From Candidatus Thorarchaeota archaeon (GTDB taxonomy: Archaea > Asgardarchaeota > Thorarchaeia > Thorarchaeales > Thorarchaeaceae): a stretch of 56,745 nt of DNA. The stretch lies in assembly GCA_029210805.1 (NCBI GenBank), contig JARGGA010000001.1, forward strand, positions 1 through 56,745. Direction: 5' to 3'. Within the stretch, counting starts at the first letter, position 1. Each line of letters begins with the position of its first letter. Under the pieces are notes generated by a model, which saw only the letters and a list, made by a program, of their open reading frames with translations, did not search any database and was not told the origin of the DNA. This document shows, one piece after another, positions 55,819 through 56,745 of this stretch. Both the position numbers and the translations under genes were made by a program.

Positions 55819-56745
55819 CTAGAGTCGTTCCTTTACCAATGCCGCAACTACTTCAGGGTCTGCCAGTGTAGTGATATCGCCCAAGTCATCGACCTTACCA
55901 GCTGCGATTCGTTTGAGAATTCTTCTCATGATTTTGCCGCTTCTGGTCTTTGGCAGGGCATCAGCAAACTGAACCTTCGCTGGTGTAGCAATGGGGCCAA
56001 CATCTGCTCGTACGTGCTTCTTGAGGTCTTGTCGGAGTTCGTCAGTCTTTTCAATTCCCATCTTGAGTGTGACAAAGACGTAGATGTCCTCACCCTTGAT
56101 TTCATGGGGGAATCCAACAACTGCACATTCTGCAACGGCAGGATGTTTGACAAGGGAACTCTCTATTTCAGCTGTTCCAAGACGGTGTCCGGATACTTTG
56201 AGTACGTCATCCAATCTACCCATGACGAAATAGTAACCATCTTCATTGAATCGACTTCCGTCTCCGGTGTAATACATGGGGTCACCAGTATCAGGGTCTT
56301 TGAATTGTACCCAGTAGGTGTTGACAAATCTTTGATGATCACCGTATACGGTTCTCATGAGACCAGGCCATGGTCGTCGCATGCAGAGATACCCGCCTTC
56401 GTTTGCTCCTACAGCTTGTCCGTCTTCTGCAACAATCAGAGGGTCAACTCCAAAGAAGGGGAAGGTGCATGAGCCGGGAATGGTGGCTGTCGCGCCCGGT
56501 AGAGGTGTAATGATTACTCCGCCTGTTTCAGTTTGCCAATAGGTATCCACAATTGGACATCTTCCACCACCTACGACATCCCGATACCACATCCACGGAT
56601 CTGGGTTGATTGGCTCACCGACAGTTCCGAGCAAGTTCAGTGAAGACATGTCGTACCTGTTGACTGGTTCGTCGCCGTATCTCATTATCGCCCTTATAGC
56701 TGTGGGGGCGGTATAGAACTGTGTGACCTTCCACTTCTGAACTTC
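55819..56745 (-). CDS. acs: Acetyl-CoA synthetase (AMP-forming), 3' part; 5' end beyond the window
   Basis: The frame stays open to the window edge (..[24 protein letters not shown]..). The same ANL-family motifs as above are present. Confidence 0.9.
   Translation of the reverse strand, partial: EVQKWKVTQFYTAPTAIRAIMRYGDEPVNRYDMSSLNLLGTVGEPINPDPWMWYRDVVGGGRCPIVDTYWQTETGGVIITPLPGATATIPGSCTFPFFGVDPLIVAEDGQAVGANEGGYLCMRRPWPGLMRTVYGDHQRFVNTYWVQFKDPDTGDPMYYTGDGSRFNEDGYYFVMGRLDDVLKVSGHRLGTAEIESSLVKHPAVAECAVVGFPHEIKGEDIYVFVTLKMGIEKTDELRQDLKKHVRADVGPIATPAKVQFADALPKTRSGKIMRRILKRIAAGKVDDLGDITTLADPEVVAALVKERL

Overview
Chromosomal segment that looks archaeal. The evidence is a tRNA-Leu with a 26-nt anticodon-loop intron flanked by bulge-helix-bulge-like splice sites, TATA-like boxes about 28-31 nt upstream of both tRNA genes, an archaeal-type UMP kinase, and several small winged-helix regulators. 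All calls rest on motif recognition in the supplied translations and on reading the DNA; no homology search was possible.

Gene content, left to right:
- The 3' part of a HEAT-repeat gene.
- A five-gene Opp/Dpp-type peptide ABC transporter operon (oppA-B-C-D-F, minus strand).
- tRNA-Ala(CGC).
- GNAT, DUF302, SAM-methyltransferase and two tandem OsmC genes.
- valS, an aldo/keto reductase and pyrH.
- A run of secreted or membrane-anchored hydrolases: a BNR propeller, a lipase-like multidomain protein, a metzincin-like protease, several alpha/beta hydrolases and an M28 peptidase.
- An intron-containing tRNA-Leu(CAA).
- Two HDAC-family deacetylases, a URO-D-family protein and PolX.
- PadR, TetR and AsnC-type regulators, and an MFS transporter.
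- Acetyl-CoA synthetase in three states of decay at the right edge.

No CRISPR array, rRNA, transposase or integrase was seen. I cannot name a single proven new system. The best candidates for follow-up are:
1. A promoter-driven tandem pair of paralogous basic micro-ORFs in an otherwise unannotatable 1-kb stretch next to tRNA-Leu (25460-25700).
2. A split, domain-reordered PEP-synthase-like phosphotransfer pair without a substrate domain, convergent with two Fe-S proteins, one of which carries an in-frame amber codon (28000-30501).
3. A twice-occurring adjacency of an HDAC-family deacetylase with a membrane-tethered alpha/beta hydrolase.
4. A membrane zinc-ribbon protein, a 390-aa unknown and a polytopic membrane protein in a row (30.6-33.8 kb).
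5. Nested duplication and gene conversion at the MFS/acs junction (53.2-56.7 kb).

Three consecutive genes at 25.8-28.9 kb are disrupted: one by a frameshift, one by a frameshift at a homopolymer, and one by an in-frame stop. This is either local gene decay beside the tRNA or assembly error.
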